Of a stretch of DNA of 64,000 nucleotides, positions 47,254-59,881 are shown in pieces. This DNA is from Lama guanicoe (Eukaryota). Position 1 is the first letter of the stretch; each line of letters begins with the position of its first letter. The stretch covers positions 374,001 through 438,000 of the forward strand of contig MU053216.1 in NCBI GenBank assembly GCA_013239625.1. Direction: 5' to 3'. A program made the position numbers and the translations under genes. The notes under the pieces are model-generated. The model was not told where the DNA came from. It was given only the letters and a program-made list of their open reading frames with translations, and searched no databases.

Positions 47254-50200
47254 CTGGAAAGGAAGGCAGTGCGGTCATTGCAGGGGCCCCGAGAGACGGA
47301 CGCTCGGGTCTGGGGCCCACGGGAAAGACGGGCTTTCCAATCTGCCAGGTCCAGTGCCAGCGCCGGGGAGCACGTTTCTGGACTGTCCCTCCTCCGTCAC
47401 CTCCCTGCAGATCTGCTTTGAGGGGACACCTGGAACCAGCTCCCTCCGAACAGTCCCCACTGGTTGAGGAAACTGTCTCAAGCCTCTGGAGACATCAGTG
47501 GCTGGGGAGGGGGCAGAGGGGGAAGGGGGCAGTTGTCAACATCTCGTCACCAGCACTAGGGACTCAGGAAGGTTTCTCAGGTGACTACCTCGGCTACCTG
47601 TGGCCTTCGCCGTCGCCTTCTGCACAGACGGACAGTCCTTACCTGTGGGCAGCGGACACAGCTGATCTTTATTTTCTCTTACCCTTTCCTGCGTGGCCTG
47701 ATTTTTTTAATTTACAGTGAGCACATATCGTGTATTATCAGAAAACAATGGAAATGACTTCCACGAGTGGCGGCAGCCCCAGCTGGCCAGGGTGTGGGGA
47801 GGCAGCGTTCTAATGACCTGCTGGTGGAACTTAAATGTGCACAACCTTTAGACATAATGTGACAGAACCCTTTTAAACTGAAAGATTCACCCTAGTCACT
47901 CCAGGCCCAGGAGCGTGTCCCACAGAAAAGTCTCCAGGTGACAGGTGACTGGTGTTTGTGAAGGCAGGTGTGACACAGTTGTGTCCAGGCGACGGGACGA
48001 GATACTGACCCCTAAGACCCCCTACGGGTCTTCTGTGTCGGTGACCTCTGTGGATGGCGGAGCAAAGGGAGGATGGAAATGCAAGGGCCCAGGAGCGAAT
48101 CTGACTGTCCTCGGGAGAGGTCCGGAGCCCAGCCCCCAGGCAACGGGGTGCGTTCTGGTGACAGGCAGGAGCAGAGCCTCGGAGGCGGGGAACGGGCCAC
48201 AGAGGGCTTTCAGAGCAAGTCCCCCGATGCCATGGGGCAGGACCCCACCACTCCTACGAGGGGCCTCAGAGCAGGTGTCAGCGTCCGGAGCTTTAGGACC
48301 CAGTGTGTCAGCCCCGTGTGGGAATGAGCTGCTTCTCGGGGCCTCTGGACCTGTGGCCAGAGTCGGCGTCTCTGGCTCTGGCCAGAGTGGGGCAGGGCTC
48401 AGCTGCCTTGTCCCTCTTGAGCCCCCAGGATGACCCAGGCCATCTTCTCAGCCTTTTAGAGCCCCCCTTGCCCTGGCAGTGTTCAGGAGGACCGTCCGAC
48501 ACCAGGGCAGGCGCTGCGCGGAGGGAGGCCCTTTAGTTACAGAGATGCAGCAGGCTGTCTGGCAAACACTAGGTTCCACCACATGACAGGTCATTACACT
48601 TAATAGTCCACAGGTAGAGCCAGGAACCCGGCCGGCGGGGCCAGCGGGGCCGTGACAAGCGTCTGGCAGGCAGGGAGCCGGGTGACTGTACCCCGACACA
48701 CACACTGATTCCCGATTGTGCTCAGACCCTGGTGACCTGGGGTAATCAGGGTGTAAACCCTGGCCCCACCCTGGCCCATCCTGCTCTCAGTCAGACGCCC
48801 TCCCCTGGACCTGCTCAGAATGGCTCCTGGCCAGTGAGGGGAGGCAAGCCCAGGGCCGGACATGTGCAAAGCACTTCCACTGAAACTGGGGGTTCTCAAG
48901 GAGTTTCCAAGTCCCTGCAGATCTGCTGTGGGCGACTGAAGGGGCCCAGAAAGTCAGAGGGGTGGAAGCTGGGGCTGCCAGCAGCAGGAGTGAGGGAGAT
49001 GAAATCTTTCCAGCCTTAGATGCATAAATGATTCTCCCTCATGTCCCATCTCCAAATCCTGTGGCCCTCTGAGTTGGCTCAGCCCACCCAGGAATTCTCC
49101 ACCTTCATCCAGGGAGGACCAGATTTCCCACGCGTAGCATGGAAGCCTCTTCACGCAAAAGCCACAACACCACAGTTCTACCTTCAGTGCAAAGACCTGC
49201 CCTGGTCTGGCCCCGGATCTCCTGCTCAGGGTGGGAAACCTGCCGGCACCTGCACGCTGCCCCCAATTCACGAGGGTCTCCCCCCGAACTGCACCCCTGC
49301 AGGAGGGCTCTCCCGACCCCAGGCTGAACCAGCAGACCCCACGGTCCACTGTCCCCTGCCCAGTGTGGCAGGTGCGAGGCGGCCTCGAGTCTAGTCGTTC
49401 TGCAGCGGGGACGTGAATCACACCAGCACACTGCACGCTGTCACCTCCTGTGGTGTCACCTGTCGGCGAAAGCTCCAGAAAGCTGGCAGAAAAGGTGGCC
49501 CCAAGGCCTTTGTGGCCTCTCCTGTCAAGTGGGCTCCTTGAGACTGGCCTGACCTCGTGGGCACTGACCAGCAGAACGGGGCGGAGGTGACACTGTAGGA
49601 CCTGAGTCACGGAGTATGAATGCTCTCTGCACCCGTAAGGACGCCCGGCCGGCCTCCCTCCTGGATGACAGAGCTACACGGAGAAGGCAGGCCAGCCGAC
49701 GGCAGGCACCGTGGCCCCGGACGTGGGGGGCGTCCTCGCCTCCGGCCCCGTGGGGCCTCCCGCAGATAGAGCCTTTGTGACCAGTCCCTCCAGCAGGAGG
49801 TCTGCCCGGATGAGTGCCCAGCCGCTCCACAGATCCAGGAGAAGTTGCTAGCTGTTGTTTTGAGCCTCTCGGTTCTTGGGTGACGTGTGGTGCAGTGACA
49901 CACAGTGAGACACCCTGCTTTCTTTTTCTCACATAACACATTGACATCTGACAGACACTTGTTCATTTTACTCCCAACCGACTGGAATGAACGTTTCCTG
50001 AAAACAGAACCTTCGCTGTTTGCTAGTTTAAGCACCAGAGGCGCCCTGGCACAGAGCACTTGTTTCACGAGCAAACAAGTGAATGAAACGGTGAGATGAG
50101 TTGATTAATGAGAAACACTAACGGATTCTCAAAGGAATCTGGAGATCGGGGTTGGGGGGAGGTTGGGCAGCCTTGAGGTTTGGAGTTGATGTCACAAAGG

Positions 50201-53200
50201 CACCAGACCGTCCTGAGCAGGACCCTCGGGGCCCGAGACCACGGGACAGGTCCCCCGGGACCCTGCTATCACCGGCCCCTCTACACTTCCTTGGCCCACG
50301 ACCAGGCAGCCAGACTGCATGGTCCCAGGCCTCCTCGGCAGCTTCTGGTCAGGAACGGTGCCAGCAGCGGCCTAACAGACAGTGGGAAAAGGACCATGGT
50401 GAAAGGCATGTGAACAAAAAGGCTATTTTTGTAGAAAAATGTGGGAGAGTAAAAATTATACAAACATCAAAAAGAATTTTGCAAACCACACGCCAAAGAG
50501 GTGGCCTGCCTGTGCCCCTCTGGGTGTCTCCGCAGAGCTGCTGACGCGGGTAGGAGCCCCACTGCACTTGGCGCCGCGTGGATGGACCGCCAGCCCTAAC
50601 TGTCCAGAGCCCCCCCGGCAGCCCTCTCTGTCCCAGTGGATCCGGTGCAGGTCAACGGTGTCTGCCTCACCCGCCCAAACACAGAGGACCCCACTGGGCC
50701 AAGTGGGAAGGGAGAGAGCGGAGAAACCCCCATCCAGTCAGTGGACGCGGGCGGGCCTGCGGGACCCAGGCACCGGGCGGTGGTGAGGCTGGGAAGACCG
50801 GGCCCTTGGTGGAGATGTGGCACTGGGACCAGGTCCTGCCGGCAGGGTGGGGCCTCGGGGAGGAGAAGGGAGGCGCGGGGGGAGCAGAGCGCGGTCTAGA
50901 GGAAGAGCACTCGGGGCTTGGAGAGAACAGCGGTGTGGTCTGGTTGGGCAAAGGGCCCGACCTGGGGGGCGGTGGGGGGGGCTGCGTCTGCTCCAGCTTG
51001 TCCTCGGACGCTTGCCAGGCTGCGTGCCCTGCTTGAAGGACCTCGACTCCCACCGCAGCCCGAGAGGCAATGCTCCGCCACACCTGCTGTTCGGCTGAGG
51101 GACGTGGGCACACGTGTAACGCAAGCTGCCCACACCCCTAGTTGTTAAATGGCCGTGGCCGGAACCGCTGTCCACCCGAACCACCCTCCTCCCCATGGCT
51201 GTACTGCCCTGGGAGCTACAGAATTTAATCACACGTTAATAAAACTGGACGTTCAGCCCTTGGTTTTCCCAGCCACACTGCAGCTGCCATATTCAGAACC
51301 TTTCCATTCTCATGGGAGGTGCTGCTGGACAGTGCTGTCCTGCAGTGACCAGAGGAACAGCAGGACGCAGCTGGTGTCTCCCAGCTTCCGTGGTTGGTGT
51401 GGCCACATGCCAGCCTCTCTGGGGAAGAAGGGTGGAAGTGGTGCCTACCGCCGTCGGCTCAGGACTCACAGAACAGCCACCTGCAGGCTCTAGGAAGCTG
51501 CAGGAAAGGCCTCCCACGGCCCAAGCTGCTTTAGTCTGACTCTTCCATGGCAGGTGGTTCACCACGCCCTGAACTTTGGCTGGAAAACCCGCCCATGGAT
51601 TGTGGTCTATTATCTTTAACAGCCCAGAATCAGCCAGAAGCCCAGGAAGAGTGGACTGTTCTGTCTGCTCCTGGGAGCTGGGAGCAGACAGGAAGGGCTG
51701 AGGTTGAAGAGAAGTGTTCCCAGATCCAGCCAGGGCGCGTCTGGAAGCTACGGCTGTCCGCGGCTGTCCCTCGTCTCTGCTCGGTGGCTTTACCCCACAT
51801 CCAAGCAGGGCTGATGGCTGGAGCAGCCAGTAAAAGCAGCTGAGAAGACCCCAGCCACGTGGCGCTCAGGGACCCAAGTCCCTGTGTTTCTCCTTTCTGT
51901 TTGGCTGTGCAGAAACGGCCACTCCTGGGACCCCCGGGACCCCCACTGCAGTTTCAGAGCACAGCACAGGAGGTGACGGTCACTGTGTCCAGCCCCTTAT
52001 TTCTGCTGATGAGGAAACAGGCTGGGAGGGAGATGGTCTCTCCCTGCACGTCCCAGCACCTGGACCCGAAGCCAGTCTTGCAAGCTTCTGGCTAACACAT
52101 CCTGCAAGCCACACAGAGTGCCTCCCGCTGGGCTCTGAGCAGTGGGGCCAGAGCAAGGTTTTAGGGAGTCCAGGAAGGAGGACAGACAGAGGGGCCAGTT
52201 TTTCCCGGCTGCTTCTGAGCCGGTCCAAGCCAACGACCCTGACCTGGAGGCCAGGGTCATTGGATGGATTTCTGCTTTACAGTGGAAGAGGTCCTGTCCT
52301 CTGGGACCAGTCACAGCTCTGCGCCTGTGAGCCGAGGACCCTGGCACAGGGCAGCTCTGCCGCCTGGTCCAGAGCCTGCCGGGTAGACGCTCACACAACG
52401 CGACTCCCCCTCCTCCTCCTCCTTTCCGGGACACGAGGCTCCAGAACAGACGGCAGACACACAAGTGGTCTCTACTCTTCACAGCCACAAAGGATCATCT
52501 CATTAACTGGGTTTCCGCTTACACGTCTGCTCTCAAGGCTGGAATCTGCTCATCACTAGATCACAGATAGAGGCACACAGAGGAATGTGGGTGAGCCCAG
52601 CTCCCAAGCAAAACACAAAACAGACGTTTCTGGGAGACTGTAAACCCCGAGCCACTTTTATGTCCCGGAGGCGGGAGTGGAGGCGGGAGAGCTGCTGAGC
52701 AGTGACTTGATTGCCAAGCCTGGGCCTTGAATCTGACCCCACACACCTGGGGCAGATGCCCTGGGGAGCCAGGAACCAGCGTTATAACTAAAAGCACTGT
52801 TTTACTGTCTAAACAGCCTACGTAACAGGCCACCCATTAGCAAGCACAGCGATTAGTAAAACTGTCCTCAGGTTCTAGGAGAGACAGACGTGGCCTCCTT
52901 CCCCTCTCCCTCCACCTGCGCCCTCTTCCCGGCAGCGCCGGGGAGACAGCGCACTAAGCACCTGGAGCAGCAGCGAGGCTGGTCTGAATGGTTGGTTGGC
53001 AGATCGGCTGGTTCTGACACTGAGATGACAAGCTGCGCTAACGAGGCATCAGACCGGAGAAGCCGAGACCGGAAGGGAACGGGGAGCTAATAGTTCACCC
53101 CGCCCCGGGACCAGCCCTGGGGCCCCAGCTGGCCAGGCCTGGCCTCTGCCTGGACTCCCCACAGGCAGGCTCTGTGGTGCCCGGGGCCGCGCCCCCACCC

Positions 53201-53779
53201 TCATCCTGAGCCAGAACACCCCCTTCACTTCTTCCAGCAGCCCTTACCCCAGCCGTCGCGTGACCACAACACAGCTTAACCCACGCTCTTTGAATCGAGG
53301 TTTGTCGACGGTCCACGTTCTCAGCACCTTCCCCAGAAAGAAAAGCCCTGTCACTCTAAGACACGACACCAGAGCAGGACTGGGTCCTGCCGGTGTGGGC
53401 AGCTTGCCCTCACCTGGACACCGTGGGCCCGCCAGTCGGGGGGCCTGAAGGCTCTGAGGTGCTCTTGCCCAGAGCAGAGCACGGCTGATCTGAAGTCAGG
53501 GCCCTAAAGTCTGAACCACAGGACTGTTGGGAAAGGACCTCACTGAAGACAAGGACGAGGGACATCCTGGTGGGTTCGGCCGACATCCAGGGCGTTTCTT
53601 GAAGTTAGAGAGCACGGGGCATCTGTGCTACCCCTGGGCTGTGGGTGATTAAGCTGCGCTCAGGGGGGAGGTCTGGGTATGGGTGATCAGAGCTGGGGGT
53701 CCCTGGAGGCTAGATCGTCCAATGCTCACAGCTCAGGGAGAGAAGCTGAAGCCCAGAGAGGAATCAGGGGCCACACATC

Positions 53780-54700
53780 CACTCATTTGTCCAACAAGTA
53801 CTCATCGAGCACCTCCCTATGCAGCCCGTGGCTGGTGCAGCAAGGACCACAGTGGACAGAACTCAGGAGGGATGGGGACAGATGACGGATGAGATCAGTC
53901 AACAAATAACATAGGCTATCAGACTGTGGTAGTGCCGTGCAGAGAACGACACAGGAAAGGGTGGAGAAGGCCAGGAAGAAGCTGCAAGATGGTAGGGGAG
54001 GACCTCACTACAAGATGATACCTGAACGAAGCCCTGACTATGGAGAGAGCATTCCAGACAAAGGAGACAGCCAGTGCAAAGGTCCTGAGGCCAGCGTAGT
54101 GCTGTGTGAGAGCCCCTCCTGGTGGGGCAGACCGAGGACGGCGAGGCCAAGGCCAGTGCAGCACTGGCTTCTTTCCAGAGTGGCCGGGAGACATTGGAGG
54201 GTTTGAACAGAGGGGCGGCATGACCTGATCTGCTGTGTCAGGTACAGGCTGCAGAGGACAGGATGAAAAGGGTCACCAGACCAGAGCCCGTCACAATCAC
54301 CGGGGGAGACTTGGCCAGCCTGGTGACAGCAGCGTTTGAAGTCAGCATTCAGAGATGGAGCACATCTGCTGACTGCTCGGACGTGGGATGTGAGAGGGGA
54401 GGGTCACCCAGGGTCGTGGCCTAAGCAGCCGTGGGAGCAGAGCTGTCTCCGCAGGGGGGCGCGGTGCTTCCAGTGGGTGGACCAAGGGGAGGTTCTGGTG
54501 GGGGGTGTTCTGGGTGGAGGGGGTTCCGGTGCAGGGGCTGTGGGGAGGCGGGGGGTTCCACGATCTGTGGGAGCTCTGGGTATCGCATCTGGATCCAGGA
54601 GAGAGATGACTTCTGGGCTGGAATCATCAGCAAATGCTCAGGATGGAAAGGAGTGAGGCTGGCTGGGGACGCAGAGGGACAAGGCAAGGAGGAGTGGAGC
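53780..54700 (-). mobile_element. L2 remnant in LGR6 intron 6
   Basis: CTCATTTGTCCAACAAGTACTCATCGAGCACCTCCCTATG (L2 3' end, antisense), AGCATTCCAGACAAAGGAGACAGCCAGTGCAAAGGTCCTGAGG, CATTGGAGGGTTTGAACAGAGGGGCGGCATGACCTGA. Confidence 0.7.
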
Positions 54701-55858
54701 CTGGGGGTCCCAAGGTCGGGAGTTTGGGTACTGGGGGCAGAAATGCTGGCACAGGGTGTTGGTGGTAAGTTAAGAAGCCCTCAAGACCCCCAGCCTAGAG
54801 CCCTTTGGTCTCTGTGGTGCGGTTGCTGGCCCACACTGGACACTCGGTGAATATTCATGGAACGAGTGAACTAGAGAAACACAAGAGAAAAGAGTGGTGA
54901 GCTCCGATTCCTGCCAGCTCCTCCTTCCCACAGGGATTGAGGGTCGGACTTACTCTCCACGGTATCAGCCAGGGAAGCTGCTGCCCAGGGGCTGCGGGGG
55001 GGGCCCCACCAGGCGGGCTCCCCACCCGTCCCACAGCTTCCCACCCCCTCCATCCCAGACCAGCTGGCCGGGTGCCTGGGGCAAGGGGACATTCCAAGCA
55101 GAAGCGTCGGCGCTGCCGCCGGCTGGGGAGGAAGGGAGCGGTGACAGCAGGGACGGACGGTGGGCTTGGCTACCCCAGGGCCGGGTGGTGGGAGAGGGGT
55201 GTCTGCTGGGAGAACGACTGATGACCCGCCCTGGTTGTGGCGCACGGCAGACGCACTGGGAGCTGGGTCTCCTGCCTGTCAGAAGTCATTAGTGGTTCTG
55301 TGGGAACAGCCAGAAGAAAAGTTTTATATGGAAAATAAATTCTTCTCTGAGCCACAAACCCCCACCAGACTGCAGCTAATAAGCCCACAAATGTAAGATG
55401 ATTAAGAACTGGTGAGGGGAGAATTCCTCACGTCTCACGGGTTAGCCTCAGAGGCCGCGCTCTGACCGGCTGGCACGGGCCGAAGCCTGGCAGCCCCGCC
55501 CTCGTCCTGGCTCTGACGAGCTGTGTCCCTCGAGCAGGCCAGCCACTGTCCGCCTCAGCCTCCCCACCTGTGACCACAGACATGTAACCCCTGCTTTGTC
55601 TTCCTCAACAAGTGGTCGGGTGTGGGGGGTGAGAAACGAGACAGGAGAAGCAGCAGCCTTTCAGAAAAAATTTCAGTTTTCTCAGCTGCAGGGAGTTCCC
55701 TGTGGAACGATCGGCACTTGCCTTAAAACCAGGAGGCAAACCAACGAGACTCCCCTGGACCCCCGACCCATCTACTAACGTGCCCCCAGACGGTCTGGAC
55801 CCCTGCCCCCATCAACGGCCCCTGAGGGCCCTGCCACGGAGCCTACCCGAGGGCAGCC

Positions 55859-56289
55859 GCGGTGGACTGAACTGCAGTCTCCAGAACACACGTCCCAGGC
55901 CTACCCCGGGAAGCTCTGCGGGCGACCTTAGTGAGGAAAAGGGTCTTTGCAGATGTAATTAAGGATCTCCTCAGGGTCCCTGGATTGCCAGGGTGGGCCC
56001 CAAACCCAACGACCGGCGTCCTCATAAGAAGAGGATACTTGCAGAGGCCATGAGAAGACAGAAGTGGAGACGACCAGGACGCACCCCCAAGCCCAGGAGC
56101 ACGAGGGATGGCCAACAGCCCCAGGCGGCGGGAGAGGCCTCAGACCTTCCCGAAGGAACCAGCCCTGCCGACATCCTGACTTTCGACTTCTGACTTTCAA
56201 AACTGTGTGGAAATACATTTCTGGGTTTCTATTTTTTAAGCCACAAAGCTCGTGGCGATGTGTTGCAGCAGCCACAGGAAACTGACACA
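55859..56289 (+). mobile_element. MaLR LTR (MLT1-like) in LGR6 intron 6
   Basis: GGAAAAGGGTCTTTGCAGATGTAATTAAG, GTCCTCATAAGAAGAGG, GAAGGAACCAGCCCTGCCGACA, TTTTAAGCCAC...GCAGCAGCCACAGGAAACTGACACA end. Confidence 0.82.
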
Positions 56290-59200
56290 GTGTCCACGCC
56301 CTGACTGCCCCGGCGTCCCGGCCCGCCCCACACAGGAGATGGGTCACACCACGGGCCACCACGAAATGCCGCCATGGGCAGCACCCTCCTGCTGCCTTCA
56401 GACGTGCTGTGAAGGAGGGAGGGGGGCCGGGGAGGAAAGGCTCGCTGTGTCCCTCGGGCAGTAAGCAGGAGGGCAGGAGAGAAGAGCAGCGCCAGCTAAG
56501 CTCCCACGGGGCCCTGGGCTCCGGGACAGGCACTTTGGGGCTGTGAGGCGCTCCCCACTCTCTCGCTGTGGTGCCACGCTGGGGATTCGAGGGCCTCACA
56601 ACAGCCTGAACACCACCCTCGGTCTCCAGGCATGACTTCCAAACACTGACCTAAGGGCCCTGGGGAACCTTCCCAGAGCCGCTCGGGGTCCTGCCTTCTC
56701 TCACTTCTCAGCCCAGACACTTGGGAAGTCCTGCAGTCAATCTGCGCGCCCGGGAGCCGGAGGTTGGGGTTCTGGTGGTTGACGGTCACGTACAAACTGT
56801 AGAAACTCGGGCACCTCACCCCACATCTCTGGGTTTGCTCTCCTCCGGAAAGTGTTGGAGCGAGTACTTCACAGGCTGGGCCGGCCCACCTCTGGTGCTG
56901 CGTTTTCCGGGGGGCAGCGCAGAAGGGAGGCGTGGTCACAGGCTAGAGCCCACCCTGTCTGCCTGGCAGGTTGGGACTGGTGGTGACGGCCTCAGGGAGC
57001 AGGAGTGCTGTCTCCAGAGCCTCTCCCGGTGCGGTCGCACCTCCGCAGAGCTGCCCCGCGGCCTGCGTGCTCGTTCTGCTCCGCGAGAGAGCCACGCAGC
57101 CGCTCCGGCCCAGCCCTGCGGCCACCTTGCCTTGCTCGGCTCTTTTGGAGAGAGGGCTTCGGTGTGCTGGTTTCACTTCCTCCTCGGCTTCTGATGTGGC
57201 CCATCGAGGTGCCAATGGGGGCGCCCGTGCACTGAGGGGAGGCCTCCTGCTCAGGCCAACCCGGCTCACAGAGGTGGACTCGGGGTGGGACCTGGGCAGC
57301 CGGGCCTCCAGCGCAGAGGTCGTGACAGAAGCCACATTGCCATGAGTGCCCCCGTGCTGTGGTGGGGCTGCCCGGCGTGTGCTCGACGGGCTTGCGCACC
57401 CTCCTGCGTGTGGTGCGGCGGCTGGGTGGCCATGTGGCCGTGTGCACGTGCATGTGCGCCCTGGCCGGGGGAAGGGCTGGGGGCCGCTCTCCCTCCTGAG
57501 AGGAGCCTGCAGACCCACCCAACCCGGCGCTCAGGCAGGAGGGTTTGATCTTGCCTCCGCTGCACAGATGAGAGGGCCTAAGTGGCCCAGATGATGGGAC
57601 CCCGGGGCACCTGCCCTGCCCTGAGGAGGCACATGTGAAAGCTGCAGAGCAAGCCAACTATGCAGCAATGAAAGGTTTGCCATCTCCTGCCTCCTTTTAT
57701 TCTCCCAGCCACTCCTCCCTGCACATCTGGCTGCCCCCAGGCCCCCAGCCATGCTCTGGGGTGATGGAGGATAAAGAGCACCCTCTCCCCTGTTTTAATT
57801 TCAGATCAAAAGTTGGAAGAAGAACCTGCCCCTCAAGGGAGGGGCAGGAGGGTGTTGAGAGTGAGGCCCTGGGGGGAGGTGGAGAGGAGGTGGGTGGGCG
57901 CACGTCCCCAGCACAGTGCACCGGGCTCCGTCTGAGCGCCACACCCGTCAGCTGTCACCCACGCGCCAGTGCCGTGAGGCCACGTCACCAGGACTGTGGA
58001 CAGGCCCGCAGAGACCACGACTGGGCCCAGCCCGGAGAGCGGGCGTCTGAGGCGGGGGCGGCGGGTTTGGCCGCCAGGCGGCTCTGCCTCCATGGAGCTG
58101 TTCGCTCTGCCTTGGGCCACTCACCTGCAAAGTGGGCGCAGGCCGGGGCCACGTGGCGAGCGGAGGATAGGAACAGGGCACTGGCGGCAGGGCTGCTCTG
58201 TAGCTCAGCCAGCGCCCGCGAAGCCAGACAGCCTGAGCAGCCATCCAGGCCTCGCTGGGAAGGAGTAGGGCAGTGCGCCCCAGAAGTGGAGAAATAGCTG
58301 CTAGGTGGGTTTTTAGGGGTGCCAGCCCCACCCAGTGTGTGCCCAGCCCGGTTTCTGGGCAGACGCGCGCACGCCCTGCTGCTCTGCGGTGCCCAGCAGC
58401 TCCAGACGTGCTCCCAACCTCCTGATCCCCCAAGGTGGGGCGGCTGTGGCACGGCCTTCAGGGGTGAAGGCCGTCCTTACGGTGGGGCTCCCCAGCTCCC
58501 AGAACGGAGCACACATGCCCAGAAGGCTGAGGAGTAGCTGGGGACTCCAAGCATGTTTCTCAGCTCACCCGCCCTCGGTCCACTCCATCCTGTCGGGGGG
58601 TAACTGTGGTGGCCACGCCAGCTCCCTGACCTCTATTTCCCGGCGTGTTGACCCAGCAGCCTTGACTGTCCAGTTTCACTGCCTGGCTGCCTGTGACAGC
58701 TGGAGAGGGAGGCACGCGGCCCATGCCACACACAGCAGTCAGGAGAGGTCCCAGCTTTCCTGACTCCAGCTGGGGCACACACCCACCCCACATTCGGGCA
58801 TCAGTTAGCTGAGAGCTGGACCCCGCTCTGCTGTGTTTCCTGTCGGGTGGAGCACAGGACAGCCCGTGCCTTGGTCTCCACTTCCCCATCCCCTTCCCTC
58901 GGCCGCCGCAAACGCAGACAGCCCAGGCCCAGGCCTCTGGCTCGGATTTGCCAAATGGTTTTCCCAAACTCTTGCTTCCTCGGGTCACAACTCATCCCAG
59001 CGTTTTCTTCTCTGGTTTCCTGAAACCTCGCAGCTCTAGAATGACGCTTGTGTGTGGGGTGAGGGGCTGGTGCGTGACTGGGGGGCACAGCAGGGGGGCG
59101 AGAGAAACCTAACCAGGCCCCTGACACCGGGAGCCCTTCCCCAGCCTGGGGCTCACACTCGGTGACCTGGGGGCCTCCTCTCCGCGCGCCCCAGCGCACC

Positions 59201-59809
59201 GCTCGTGGGAGCTGTGGGATCAGCTGGCGGGCCGACGTGCTTATCCTGGCCCGCTCTGTGCTCATTTGGGGCTGGTACAGCCCACTCCCCAGGGACTGGT
59301 GGACTCCAGAGGAGATGGGGGAGGGCTTGGGTGCATTCTGACCTGAACTGAATTCCAGGATGATGATGTGTGAATAATGTGGCTTTTCAAGAATCAGCAA
59401 CTTGGGTGCCGACTGGGTGCCCTGCCCAGCAGCCGTTCAGCTAGTCAGATGGCATCGTAAGCATCCCCCTCCAGCAGACGTCGGGACAGCCACCACGTCC
59501 GCCTCGGCCCACCCGAGCCTTCCATTTCCCAGGCTTCGTACCCAGACTCGCCCAGCTTCTCCTGGCAGTCCCACTTCTGTCTAACAGCTTCATCGTTCTG
59601 GTCTCTCCGTGGGCAGGGCCACCCTGAACCCCCAGAGGGCACCTCCAACCCCCAAAGGAGGAAGGAATCCTCTGGGAGTGACACTCCAGAGAAGGGCCAC
59701 ACCCCAGCAGCCCAGTCCAGCTGGCCTGCCCGCTGCCCCCGCCCTCCAGGATGCGGGATCCCCGGCCCCAGGCAGCAGGGTGCCCCCCCCCCGACAACGC
59801 GGCACTCAC

Positions 59810-59881
59810 AGAGTCTCCAGGCTGTGCAGCCCCTCGAAGCTGTGGGCCCCCAGGTGCTCGATGCGATTGTTGTGCAGATGC
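59810..59881 (-). CDS. LGR6: LGR6 exon 6 (LRR)
   Basis: [23 protein letters not shown](L); 72 nt. Confidence 0.96.

Noticed and set aside
46554..47720. 388-aa plus-strand ORF (also 31014-32018 and 34177-35109)
   Set aside because: Antisense to LGR6 exons or in GC-rich intergenic DNA, low-complexity composition, no family motifs.
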